DNA of 64,000 nt from Bacillota bacterium (lineage in GTDB: Bacteria > Bacillota > Clostridia > Christensenellales > UMGS416): the NCBI GenBank assembly GCA_023422005.1, contig JAEZSC010000151.1:25182-89181 (forward strand). Direction: 5' to 3'. The notes beneath the pieces are model-generated. The model saw only the letters and a list, made by a program, of their open reading frames with translations. It was not told the DNA's origin and ran no database searches. Below are positions 27,334 to 36,318 of the stretch, in pieces. How positions within the stretch are numbered: the stretch's first letter is position 1; every line of letters begins with the position of its first letter. The translations under genes and the position numbers were made by a program.

Positions 27334-28143
27334 ATGCCGGTGATTAATAATCCTAGTACAGTTCAGGAGCAATACAAAACGCAGGACAATCTTGCCGCAC
27401 GCAGGGGCCTGCATCAGAAATATGACAGGAACAAGAAGTGGGCGCACTGGCTATTCGAGAATTACCATTTCTTTGAGGGCTGCCGCATTCTGGAGATTGG
27501 CTGCGGAGACGGCTCCATGTGGGAAGGGCGTATCGAGACCCTGCCAGAGGGCGCAAAACTGGAGCTGACGGACTTTTCACCGGCGATGGTGGACATCGTT
27601 CGGGGCAAGTTTGGAAATATTGCGAATGTCACTGCCCGTGAAATGGACATCCAAAGCATAGACGCGGCGGACAACTCTTACGATGTGATCATTGCCACCC
27701 TTGTGTTGCAGCATGTTCCGGATCTCCAGAAGGCAATTGCTGAGGTTTACCGCGTACTTAAGCCGCAGGGCATCTTTTACGCTTTTACCTTCGGAAAAAA
27801 TGGCGCAATCCGATTCCTGCGGGAGAAGCTGCAGGAGTTTGACCCTTCCCTGGATGTCTATAAAGAAAGCGACTATCCCCTCACGATGCAGACCGTTCGT
27901 GAGCCGCTGAAAAAGAACTTTGAGGATGTCGTACTATACCGGTACGCCGATTTTCTGGAGGTAACCGATTCGGCGGACTTGGTGGAGTATGTACTGTCCT
28001 CAACGGCGATGGCCGGGTTTGACAGGTCGCGAGCCGGCAGTCTGCAGGTGTTTTTCGACTCATGTAAGGATGAGAATGGAATCATTTATTTTCCCAGAGA
28101 GTACGGCATGTATATGGCGCAGAAGAATTTGCGGGAACTATAA
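27334..28143 (+). CDS. Class I SAM-dependent methyltransferase
   Basis: Start set at MPVINNPS (GGGAGGA RBS). Motif I ILEIGCGDGS. GC is visibly lower than in flanking genes. Confidence 0.85.
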   Translation: MPVINNPSTVQEQYKTQDNLAARRGLHQKYDRNKKWAHWLFENYHFFEGCRILEIGCGDGSMWEGRIETLPEGAKLELTDFSPAMVDIVRGKFGNIANVTAREMDIQSIDAADNSYDVIIATLVLQHVPDLQKAIAEVYRVLKPQGIFYAFTFGKNGAIRFLREKLQEFDPSLDVYKESDYPLTMQTVREPLKKNFEDVVLYRYADFLEVTDSADLVEYVLSSTAMAGFDRSRAGSLQVFFDSCKDENGIIYFPREYGMYMAQKNLREL

Positions 28144-28588
28144 GCAAATAGCATTTGCCATTGGATGGTTAGAATGCGGGTAAAAAATAAAGTCAACGAT
28201 ACGTACGCTATATACGAAACAGGCATAAAGAAAGCTGAAATGTCCGATGAAGAGCTTTCTGTTCAATTATCGGTGTCAATATGCGACGCATATGCTGCCA
28301 ATCCTGTACCCACGGCAATTTCTGTGCTGTCGGCAACTACGACGACGAAATCTTTTGCTTATCGGATATTGAAGTAAAAACTATAGACGATATGCTTCAA
28401 CCCACAGAAGACCATGAGGAAAGTGTTGGTGCTCACTGCAGATACCACAATACAAATAATATCGATCAAAATGTTCTGGTGCTCGATGACAGGGACTATT
28501 GCAAAGGCGGACAGCATTTCCTTGGACTGTCTTGAATTTCGGAATAGTTATATTATGTTGTGGTTGGATGGATTAAGGGAGGTTTATA

Positions 28589-28963
28589 TTGTATATAAAC
28601 GAATATAACAATTATATTCTTAGAACTATTGATTGTGAGTCGCGTGCAATCATTATTAGTGACGATAAAAAAAACTATAGGAATCTTATCGATTTTGGTA
28701 ATTGTTGCATAAATTTAACGGATGAAAATGGAGATTTATATGTGTCACGATGGGAAAGCCCTGAATATCAAGCTATCTCCATTTCTGAGGACGATTTTTG
28801 GAAAATATGTGGCATTACGGACTACATATGCAACTACATAACAAATGGAGTAAAGGGGGGAATTACTGAGGCGTTTGGGTTTTGGGATGACTGGAACAAC
28901 AGCTTCCAAGTAATTGAGGTAAATAATATGTATTATGGAATCTATTGGTGGACAACAGCGTAG
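28589..28963 (+). CDS. Hypothetical protein in an AT-rich islet
   Basis: 124 aa. TTG start 6 nt after a strong AAGGGAGG RBS. No recognisable motif. Composition is rich in N/Y/I/W. Confidence 0.55.
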   Translation: MYINEYNNYILRTIDCESRAIIISDDKKNYRNLIDFGNCCINLTDENGDLYVSRWESPEYQAISISEDDFWKICGITDYICNYITNGVKGGITEAFGFWDDWNNSFQVIEVNNMYYGIYWWTTA

Positions 28964-29195
28964 TTGCGTCTCAGAAGTTTTTAGAAGCTACAGACAATTC
29001 TCACGATTAGCCAACCATACCAACGGGAGAGCAGCTGGAGAGAGGGTTCCTTACAGTCACATCCCCCATTCTAAGCACATCGAACAATCCACCGGCCCAA
29101 AACCATCAAAACTCGTCAAGGAACGGCAGCTTTCCTCGGTTGCCCCTTTGTCGGCTGTCGCATAGAATGGGTTTATATCAGTACAGGAGAACGCC

Positions 29196-29708
29196 ATGGG
29201 CATCATCGTGCGCAGCATGCTACCGTCGGATTTCCATGGGCTGTCAGAAGTCTTCCGCCGCCAGGGGCGTGACCTGGGAACAGCGGCGCTGGAACGCTGG
29301 TTCGTGCTGGCGCGCAGCGGCGAGGTTGATTTGCTGATCGTAGAAGTGGCCGGCCAGCCGGCAGGGTTCGCCCGCATTGGCTGGTTTGGCGCCGAGCAGG
29401 CCGAGGATCTGCTGCCGGAAGTTTTGGATTTTATCGTGTTTGAACCTTTTATTGGGTGCGGTGTGGCGCAGGCACTGGCTTCTGAGGCCCAGCGGCGCAT
29501 ACTGGAACGCACCGGTGGCCTGGAAGAGAACGCCCTGCTGGCCATCTACAGCCAGCGCCCTGTACGCATGCAGAAGGCCAGCTTCGTGCTGGACGGTCTG
29601 TTCATCAACCGCCAGGGGCGGTTCATTCCCTCAGCGCAGGCCAAGGCAGAACCCCACCAGGTGCTCAGCCTGTCGGGCCACCGCCTCCAGTCGCAGACAC
29701 AGCCTTGA
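29196..29708 (+). CDS. GNAT family N-acetyltransferase
   Basis: 170 aa. Acetyl-CoA-binding-like segment FIGCGVAQALASEAQRRI. ACAGGAGAA RBS. Confidence 0.7.
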   Translation: MGIIVRSMLPSDFHGLSEVFRRQGRDLGTAALERWFVLARSGEVDLLIVEVAGQPAGFARIGWFGAEQAEDLLPEVLDFIVFEPFIGCGVAQALASEAQRRILERTGGLEENALLAIYSQRPVRMQKASFVLDGLFINRQGRFIPSAQAKAEPHQVLSLSGHRLQSQTQP

Positions 29709-30636
29709 CGAGCATCTGAAGCAGGAACATCCAAAGCGGCACCGTGACCACGCTGAGCAGCGTGCTGACCAGCACCGTCTGCGCGGCGAACTGCGGCCGC
29801 ACACCGAACATTGAGGCGAAAATGGCCACGTTGGCGGCCACGGGCATGGCAGTGATGAGCACGCACGCCGCCACAGTGTCGCTGCCCAAGGCCGGCACGC
29901 CGGGCACACCCAGTGCCCATAGCGCCCAGAAGGCCAGCAGAGCCAGCGCAGGCAGCGCCACCAGGCGCACCGCCGCCCCCACGAAGGCCAGCCCCTCCCG
30001 CAGCACCTGCTTGAAATCCCCTTCGGCCACCAGCACGCCCACGATCATCATGGCCAGCGGCGTGTTCATCGCAGACACATAATCGATGGCGCCGTTGACA
30101 AAGCCAGGCAGCTGCCAGCCGGTCACAAACAGCGCAAGGCCGATGAACACGGCGATGAGTCCCGGCTGCTTGAGGACTTCCTTGATGCTGCCGCTTTTGC
30201 CGGCATAGATGCTCACGCCGATGGTCCACTGATACACGGTGAACGCCATGACATACACGGAACCGTAGACCACGCCGGTTTTACCCAGCAGGCTCATGAG
30301 CAGCGGATAGCCCATGAAGCCGCAGTTGCTGAACACCGTGGCTTCCCACAACACTTTCTTCTTGCCCGGATCTTTGATTGGCCACAGCCTGCCCAGCAGA
30401 TAAAACGCAAACATCGAGAGAAAACCGAAAGCCGCCATGATGCCCATGTTGATGAGCAAATGAGTTTCAAATTTCATCTGAAAGCTCTTGATGACCAGCA
30501 GCGGCGCAGTCACGTGGATGACGATCTTCGTCAGCAGCACCCGCCCGTCGTCGTTGATGACCTTTCCCAGCGCCAAGCCGAACCCCAGCGCCATCATCAT
30601 AATCAGTATCAATACCTGTTGCGTCAAATCGTTCAT
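29665..30636 (-). CDS. AEC (auxin efflux carrier) family transporter
   Basis: 323 aa polytopic membrane protein with a typical AEC/malate-permease-like layout. The start overlaps the trmL stop by 1 nt. Confidence 0.85.
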   Translation of the reverse strand: MNDLTQQVLILIMMMALGFGLALGKVINDDGRVLLTKIVIHVTAPLLVIKSFQMKFETHLLINMGIMAAFGFLSMFAFYLLGRLWPIKDPGKKKVLWEATVFSNCGFMGYPLLMSLLGKTGVVYGSVYVMAFTVYQWTIGVSIYAGKSGSIKEVLKQPGLIAVFIGLALFVTGWQLPGFVNGAIDYVSAMNTPLAMMIVGVLVAEGDFKQVLREGLAFVGAAVRLVALPALALLAFWALWALGVPGVPALGSDTVAACVLITAMPVAANVAIFASMFGVRPQFAAQTVLVSTLLSVVTVPLWMFLLQMLVKAVSATGGGGPTG

Positions 30637-31121
30637 CAGTATTCCCGCAGGCTCCCCTCCAGCTTCATACCCGGAAAGCCCAACTGCCGCAGCGCCTCAT
30701 ACACGACGATGGCCACGGCGTTGCTCAGGTTCAGTGAGCGTGCCTCGTCGATCATCGGGATGCGCAGCGCGTTTTCGTAGTGCTGGGCCAGCAATGCCTC
30801 GGGCAGGCCCCGTGTCTCCCGGCCGAACACCAGATAGTCGCCGTCCCGATAGGCGATGTCGGCATGGCTGTGCTTGGCCTTGGTGCTGCAGAAGAAGTAG
30901 CGACCGGGGTTGCGCGCGAACAGCGCCTCCAGATCGGGATAGCGCTGCACATCCAGCAGCGGCCAGTAGTCCAGCCCGGCACGCTTGAGGTATCGGTCGT
31001 CTATGGAAAAGCCCAGCGGCTCCACCAGGTGCAGCCGCGCGCCGGTGGCGGCGCACGTGCGGGCGATGTTGCCGGTGTTCTGCGGGATCTCCGGCTCCAC
31101 GAGTACGATGTTCAGGGCCAT
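30636..31121 (-). CDS. trmL: tRNA (cytidine/uridine-34 2'-O)-methyltransferase, SpoU/TrmL type
   Basis: Start set at MALNIVLVEPEIPQNTGNIARTCAATG, a TrmL hallmark. SLNLSNAVAIVVYEA knot motif. Confidence 0.9.
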   Translation of the reverse strand: MALNIVLVEPEIPQNTGNIARTCAATGARLHLVEPLGFSIDDRYLKRAGLDYWPLLDVQRYPDLEALFARNPGRYFFCSTKAKHSHADIAYRDGDYLVFGRETRGLPEALLAQHYENALRIPMIDEARSLNLSNAVAIVVYEALRQLGFPGMKLEGSLREY

Positions 31122-31243
31122 GATTTCTCCTGCGGGCAAAAGCCACGGACCCTATGATACCACGGAAAGCACATACGGAACACCGCATTTTAACCTTCTA
31201 TACGAAATGTAGAAAAATGCCTAAATACGGGCTGCATCCTGCC

Positions 31244-31270
31244 AAAAAAAAGAGCCGGCATCGCCGGCTC
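31244..31270 (-). terminator. Intrinsic terminator of the dpaAB-aspartokinase operon
   Basis: Minus strand: GAGCCGGC-gat-GCCGGCTC followed by TTTTTTTT. Confidence 0.8.
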
Positions 31271-31297
31271 TCAGATTGCGTATGAGTTTGAACTTTC

Positions 31298-32512
31298 TCA
31301 GCCGGCGCTCTTCGAGAGCCGGAATTCTTCATGCAAGGCCCGCACCGCCCGCTGGGCGTCCTCCGAGCGGATCAGGCAGGAGATCGTCATGTGGGAGTCC
31401 GCCGTCTGCAGCACGGTGACGCCTTCGTCGGCCAGCGCGCGGATGATGCGCGCCATGACGCCGGGCACGCCCCGCATGCGGCTGCCTATGGCGGACACCT
31501 TGCAGCAGCCTGTCAGCATCGTATAGGTGCAGCCGATGGCGTCCAGCACCCGCCGGGCACGCACGGCGCGGTCATCGTCTATCGTGAAGACGATGGAATC
31601 CGGGAACAGGTTGATCAGATCGATGCTGATGTCGGCGTCGGCCAGGCCGCGCAGCAGCCGGTTCTCGATCTCCGGTGTGGCGTGTTCCACCTTGACTTGT
31701 GTGCGCGCGCCTATGCAGGCGATAGCGGAAAGCACGTCGACGCCGTGCAGCACGCCTTCGGGCGCCTCGGTGGAGATTCGGGTGCCGGCATGGTCGCTCA
31801 TCGTGTTGCGCACAATCAACGGCACGTTGCCGCGCATGGCAATCTCCACAGCCTTGGGGTGGATGACCTTTGCCCCGTGGTCGGCCATTTGGAACATCTC
31901 ATTGTAACTGATGTCCGGCAGCACCCGCGCCTCGGGCAGCAACCGGGGGTCAGCGGTCATGATGCCGTCCACATCGGTGTAAATTTCTATGGCTTCGGCC
32001 TTGAGCGCTGAGCCCAGGATGGCGGCGGAGGTGTCGCTGCCGCCGCGGCCCAGCGTGGTCACGTCGCCGCCGCGGGTGATGCCCTGAAAACCCGTAACGA
32101 CCGGTATCACGCCGGTATTGAGCAGCTCGTTTAGCCGTGCGGTGTCCACTTCATAATAGGATGCATTGCCAAAACGGTCGTTTGTAAAAATGCCGGCCTG
32201 CCAGCCGGTCAGGGCGCGGGAGGCGTACCCGCGGGCCTCGAAAGCGCCGGCCATGACCACCGCGGAGATCGTCTCTCCGCAGGACATCAGCAAGTCCTTG
32301 TCTCTGGGGTTGATTTCCGCGCCGGCCGCCTCAAAGGCAAATTGCAGCAGCGTATCGGTGGCATAGGGTTCGCCGGTGCGGCCCATGGCGCTCACGACGA
32401 CAACAGGCGCATAGCCGCTCTTCTTGGCGGCAATCACCTTGTCGATCGCCATGGCGCGGGCCTCCGGCGTGCGCACCGAAGTTCCACCGAATTTTTGTAC
32501 CAAAATCCTCAT
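31298..32512 (-). CDS. dapG: Aspartate kinase (DapG-like)
   Basis: 404 aa. VQKFGGTSV, VVVVSAMG, two C-terminal ACT-like regions. It sits downstream of dpaAB, as in the Bacillus spoVF-dapG region. Confidence 0.9.
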   Translation of the reverse strand: MRILVQKFGGTSVRTPEARAMAIDKVIAAKKSGYAPVVVVSAMGRTGEPYATDTLLQFAFEAAGAEINPRDKDLLMSCGETISAVVMAGAFEARGYASRALTGWQAGIFTNDRFGNASYYEVDTARLNELLNTGVIPVVTGFQGITRGGDVTTLGRGGSDTSAAILGSALKAEAIEIYTDVDGIMTADPRLLPEARVLPDISYNEMFQMADHGAKVIHPKAVEIAMRGNVPLIVRNTMSDHAGTRISTEAPEGVLHGVDVLSAIACIGARTQVKVEHATPEIENRLLRGLADADISIDLINLFPDSIVFTIDDDRAVRARRVLDAIGCTYTMLTGCCKVSAIGSRMRGVPGVMARIIRALADEGVTVLQTADSHMTISCLIRSEDAQRAVRALHEEFRLSKSAG

Positions 32513-32557
32513 ATTGCGGCTCCTTGCCTTCCATAGGGTGTCCGATGTTTTCCGTTA

Positions 32558-33154
32558 TTATATCATTTCACCGGTTTTATACAATACAGGTTGAATTTGG
32601 CGGCCTTCAAAAGCTTTCTTCACCGTGGGCACGATGAGCTCCATACGGGACACCAGCGAGTTGGGTTTGCCCTGGTAGTTGTCCTGCTCATAGGGCACCA
32701 TGTAGATGTTTCGCATCGTGGAAAGCATGCCGATGTTCTTCAAGGAGTTGGTCAGACCGTCGTTGGTGCTGGGAGCCAGCACCGCCGGGCCGCCGTTGCG
32801 CAGGTGGGCTTTCACTGCCATGAGCACCGGTGTATCCACGATGCCCAGCGCCAGCTTGGCCATCGTGTTGCCCGTGCAGGGCGCCACGACCGCCATATCC
32901 AGCATGCGCTTGGGGCCGATGGGCTCGGTATCCACCACGGTGTGCAGGGGAAGCTTGCCGGTCAGGTTGTACACGCGCTCGATCAGGTCCTTGGCTTTAA
33001 AGAACCGTGTGTCCCATTCGTAGACGCTGTTGGAGAATATGGGTATCAGATCCGCGCCTTCGTCGCGCATCTGCTCGATGGCAGGAAGCACCGCTTCGAT
33101 CATACAGAACGATCCAGTCAGGCAAAACCCGATGCGTTTGCCGGTCAGTTCCAT
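32558..33154 (-). CDS. dpaB: Dipicolinate synthase subunit B (flavoprotein)
   Basis: 198 aa. GKRIGFCLTGSFC...APCTGNTMAKLA flavoprotein motifs typical of SpoVFB. Confidence 0.9.
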   Translation of the reverse strand: MELTGKRIGFCLTGSFCMIEAVLPAIEQMRDEGADLIPIFSNSVYEWDTRFFKAKDLIERVYNLTGKLPLHTVVDTEPIGPKRMLDMAVVAPCTGNTMAKLALGIVDTPVLMAVKAHLRNGGPAVLAPSTNDGLTNSLKNIGMLSTMRNIYMVPYEQDNYQGKPNSLVSRMELIVPTVKKAFEGRQIQPVLYKTGEMI

Positions 33155-33176
33155 GAATTTCCCTCCGTCCTTAACA

Positions 33177-34013
33177 TTAAAGCAATTCTTTTATGCAGTT
33201 GTAAATGATTTCTGCCGCGGTGCGCGGGAACATGCGACCGGGCAGGCTTTGATAGGGCTGGGCGTCCAGCTTGAGCCGGGCGGCAGCGTTAAAGTCCACA
33301 CCGAAGGGGCTGGACGCCAGGTCGATGATGACGACGTCACGGCGAAGGCCGCGCAGCTTGTCCTCTGTCAGCAGCACACTGGGAATGGTGTTGAAGATAA
33401 AGTTGCTGTCGCGGCAGGCTTCCGAAATGTTGTTGGTGTGCACCGAGATGACGCCGATGGCGGCGATGTCCTCCAACTGCTCCTTGCGGCGGGCGGTGGC
33501 AATGACGTCGGCGCCGAAGGCCTTGAGCAGCTTGACCAGATCCTTGCCGATGCGGCCATAACCCAGCACCGTGCACTGTGAGCCCTTGAGCGTTCGCTCG
33601 GTGCGCTCCAGCGCCACACGGATGGCGCCCTCGGCGGTTGGCCAGGCGTTGGCCTGGGCGAAACGCTCGCTGGCCAGCAGGTTCATCACACGTATACCCG
33701 CCCGTTCGGGCTCCTTTGAGAGAAAGCCACCCACCAGCCACGCGCCGTCGCGCATATCATGCAATATGACATCCAACGGATAGGCCGTGTCCATGGATTG
33801 CAGGGGCACCATGCCGTTGCGTTCGCTGGGCATGGGTAATACGACGACGTCCGCCTCTCCGGTGGCCCGGGAGATGTCCGCCAGGGTTCGGTCGGCCACG
33901 GGCAGGCCGAACGCATGCAGCTCTATGTCGGGATTCTTCTTTAAGTACTCGTAAAGATATATGTTGCGCCGGTCGCCGCCGACCAGAAGTACGCTTCTCG
34001 CGTCAGAGGACAT
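33177..34013 (-). CDS. dpaA: Dipicolinate synthase subunit A
   Basis: 278 aa. Dehydrogenase-like VLGYGRIGK nucleotide-binding motif. Immediately upstream of dpaB. Confidence 0.9.
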   Translation of the reverse strand: MSSDARSVLLVGGDRRNIYLYEYLKKNPDIELHAFGLPVADRTLADISRATGEADVVVLPMPSERNGMVPLQSMDTAYPLDVILHDMRDGAWLVGGFLSKEPERAGIRVMNLLASERFAQANAWPTAEGAIRVALERTERTLKGSQCTVLGYGRIGKDLVKLLKAFGADVIATARRKEQLEDIAAIGVISVHTNNISEACRDSNFIFNTIPSVLLTEDKLRGLRRDVVIIDLASSPFGVDFNAAARLKLDAQPYQSLPGRMFPRTAAEIIYNCIKELL

Positions 34014-34111
34014 GAACCCACCCTCTTCTCATTGATGACTCTACACTTTATGAACGCAAAGGGTTGTCCGTGAGAGGCGGCATGACGGCTTGTGGATGTG
34101 GGCGCACATAG

Positions 34112-34137
34112 AAAAAGAGCCGCCTGGCCGGCGGCTC
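34112..34137 (-). terminator. Intrinsic terminator after the methyltransferase gene
   Basis: Minus strand: GAGCCGCC-ggcca-GGCGGCTC followed by TTTTT. Confidence 0.7.
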
Positions 34138-34206
34138 CTCAATTTGTTGGGGTCCATTGGGGCAGATTCTTTTTGCGTTATTTTCAAATGCAATCCGGTA
34201 GTGTGG

Positions 34207-35004
34207 TCAGTTGGCCTTATGCCCTATATAAAGCAGATGCTCACAGCAGCCCAGCACGGCGGGCTCGGCTGCGATGGCAGCCAGCAACGCCACCCAGCGC
34301 GCAAACTGCTCTGCCGGCAGCACCATCAGCGCGGCCTCCCCCGCTGCGCCCAGGCATTCGGTGGCATAGAGCGTGCCGTCGCACAAGCCCAAGCCCTCCA
34401 TAAACGCGCGAGCCTCCTCGGGGCGGATATAGTAGGCGTCTGTGAAGCTCCCGCCGCTGGCCAGGCCGCGGCCGTCGCGCAGCCACTGGCGGAAGCGGGC
34501 GTCGTACTCGTCGATGATGTGGGGGTATTTCTTGAGCGCGTCGATGATCGGCGCGAAGGCGCTGATGAAGCTGGCCGCCAGCAAACCGCCGGGCTTCAGA
34601 CGAGCCAGACACTGCTCCATGGCCAGTGCGCGCTGGGTGTCCTCGTTCAGGTGATACAGCGGCCCCATGCACAGCACCACGTCGTATTGGCCCAGCGGCA
34701 GTGTGTCCAGCGCCAGCGCGTTGCCGTGCAGCGCCCGTATGCACACGCCGGCCGCGGCTGCCTCCTGCAGCGCGCGCTTCACGTTCTGCGCGCTCAAATC
34801 CACGAGTGTCACATCATAACCCAGGCTCGCCAGCCAGATGCTGTAGCGCCCCGGTCCGCCGCCCACATCCAGCACGGTGGCGCGCTCAGGGAGCTTGGGC
34901 TGCAGCAGCGCCTTGGTCATCTCAAATTCCAGCCGGTGGCGCACCAGGCGGTTCCACTCGTCATCGCAGATCTCATCGTAATAGCGCTCTACGACATCGG
35001 ACAT
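34207..35004 (-). CDS. Class I SAM-dependent methyltransferase
   Basis: Start set at MSDVVERYYDE (GGAGGG RBS). Motif I VLDVGGGPGRY. Confidence 0.85.
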   Translation of the reverse strand: MSDVVERYYDEICDDEWNRLVRHRLEFEMTKALLQPKLPERATVLDVGGGPGRYSIWLASLGYDVTLVDLSAQNVKRALQEAAAAGVCIRALHGNALALDTLPLGQYDVVLCMGPLYHLNEDTQRALAMEQCLARLKPGGLLAASFISAFAPIIDALKKYPHIIDEYDARFRQWLRDGRGLASGGSFTDAYYIRPEEARAFMEGLGLCDGTLYATECLGAAGEAALMVLPAEQFARWVALLAAIAAEPAVLGCCEHLLYIGHKAN

Positions 35005-35128
35005 ATATGTCCCTCCGAAGATTTTCGCAAGTATACCATGGGTGTTCGGTCTGTGCAATCGGTTATGGAAAGGCTTCCGTATCGCATATGTATGAGGGGA
35101 ATCCTTTGAGAAGTGCGGAGGTGGACCC

Positions 35129-35944
35129 ATGCGGCTGTACAGCGCGGTGATGATCTTTTTCTCGCCGACGGGATCCACGGCCGCCGTGGTGCGCGCCACA
35201 GCCCGTGGCATGGGCATCATAGATTGCCGCGAGGTCGACCTGACGCTGCCTCCGTCCCGGGCGGATTTCAGCGGCCTGTGCGAGGAGGACGTTGTGCTGC
35301 TGGGCGCGCCGGTGCATGACGGCGCGCTGCCGCAGGCGCTGGCACAGGCGCTGTCGCGGCTCTGGGCTGTGGGCCAGCCGGCTTTGTTGTGCGCGACCTA
35401 TGGCGGCCTGGGCTGTGGCTCCGCGCTGCGTGATCTGCACGCTGCGGCCACCAAGGCGCGGCTGCGCCCGGTGGCGGCCGGCCTCTTCCCCTCGGAACAC
35501 CCACTGCGGCCATGCCGCGGCAACCCAAGGCCCGACGACCATGACCTGGCGACCGCCCGGGAGCTGGGTTTCGACGCGCGCTTCCGGTTGGAACGCGGCG
35601 CTGCCATGCCGATGCAACTAACCCAGCCCAACCGGCGCGCGCCTTGCCTGCCGCAGCGGGGCTGGCCGCCGGGCACGCTGCGGGCCGTGAGCCCTCGGCG
35701 TCTGCTGCCGGTGCCCGAGGTGACTCTGGCGTGCACCGGCTGCGGCCTTTGCGCCCAAGGCTGCCCCACAGCGGCCATCTCCATGCCTGACGTGGACATC
35801 GACAACAAAACATGCATCCGCTGCATGCGCTGCGTGGACCTGTGCCCCGAAGGCGCGCTGCTGCCCATGCCCGGCGGGCTGCCCGGGCGCCTGGCAGCGG
35901 CGCTGCGGCGCAAGGCCGTGCCGGCGGACACCGTTTTGCTATAG
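35129..35944 (+). CDS. Flavodoxin-like protein fused to a 2x[4Fe-4S] ferredoxin domain
   Basis: N-terminal FFSPTGST flavodoxin-like motif. C-terminal CTGCGLCAQGCP and CIRCMRCVDLCP cluster motifs. Confidence 0.75.
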   Translation: MRLYSAVMIFFSPTGSTAAVVRATARGMGIIDCREVDLTLPPSRADFSGLCEEDVVLLGAPVHDGALPQALAQALSRLWAVGQPALLCATYGGLGCGSALRDLHAAATKARLRPVAAGLFPSEHPLRPCRGNPRPDDHDLATARELGFDARFRLERGAAMPMQLTQPNRRAPCLPQRGWPPGTLRAVSPRRLLPVPEVTLACTGCGLCAQGCPTAAISMPDVDIDNKTCIRCMRCVDLCPEGALLPMPGGLPGRLAAALRRKAVPADTVLL

Positions 35945-35964
35945 AAAACACAAAACGATTTGGC

Positions 35965-35993
35965 TTGACATAGCATTTGCGCGCTGATAGAAT
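35965..35993 (+). promoter_or_regulatory. Sigma-A-type promoter for the tyrS leader
   Basis: TTGACA, a 17-nt spacer, then TAGAAT preceded by TG. Confidence 0.6.
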
Positions 35994-35999
35994 GTGCGA

Positions 36000-36289
36000 A
36001 ACAGCAAAGCGTCGATGGGAAAGAGTACGGTTGGCCCAGCCCACGCAGAGAGCTCCCGGCTGGTGAAAGGGAGATGGGCGGCGAAACGGAATACATCCCG
36101 GAGCGGCGGACCAAACGGCCATGCGTGGCCCAGTAGGCATCCGACGGGGAGCGCCCGTTACAGCGCCGGGGAATCGCGGCATGCCGCCGTTCCCGTCAAG
36201 GCTTTCGCCGCGAGGCGCAAAGCAAACCGAGGTGGTACCGCGAGCTGATAGAATGGCCCGCCCTCTGAATGTCAGAGGGCGGGCTTTTT
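36000..36289 (+). promoter_or_regulatory. T-box leader (riboswitch) controlling tyrS
   Basis: T-box sequence AACCGAGGTGGTACCGCG (36226-36243). Terminator GCCCGCCCTCTGA-atg-TCAGAGGGCGGGC followed by TTTTT (36256-36289). A UAC (Tyr) triplet lies in the upstream stem region (GAATACATCC). Confidence 0.85.
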
Positions 36290-36318
36290 ATATACCAAAA
36301 ATCAAAAAGGAGGCAGAC

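Noticed and set aside
28165-28535. Two overlapping plus-strand ORFs (70 aa and 84 aa) in the AT-rich islet.
   Set aside because: They are not called as CDS: neither has a credible RBS and they overlap out of frame. They are kept only as a possible frameshifted remnant in the findings.
29665-29708. A 44-nt convergent overlap between the GNAT gene and the AEC transporter gene.
   Set aside because: Short 3' end overlaps of convergent genes are common in compact genomes. The GNAT C-terminus is poorly conserved-looking, so its true stop may also be affected by a sequencing or annotation issue. There is no evidence of a functional antisense arrangement.
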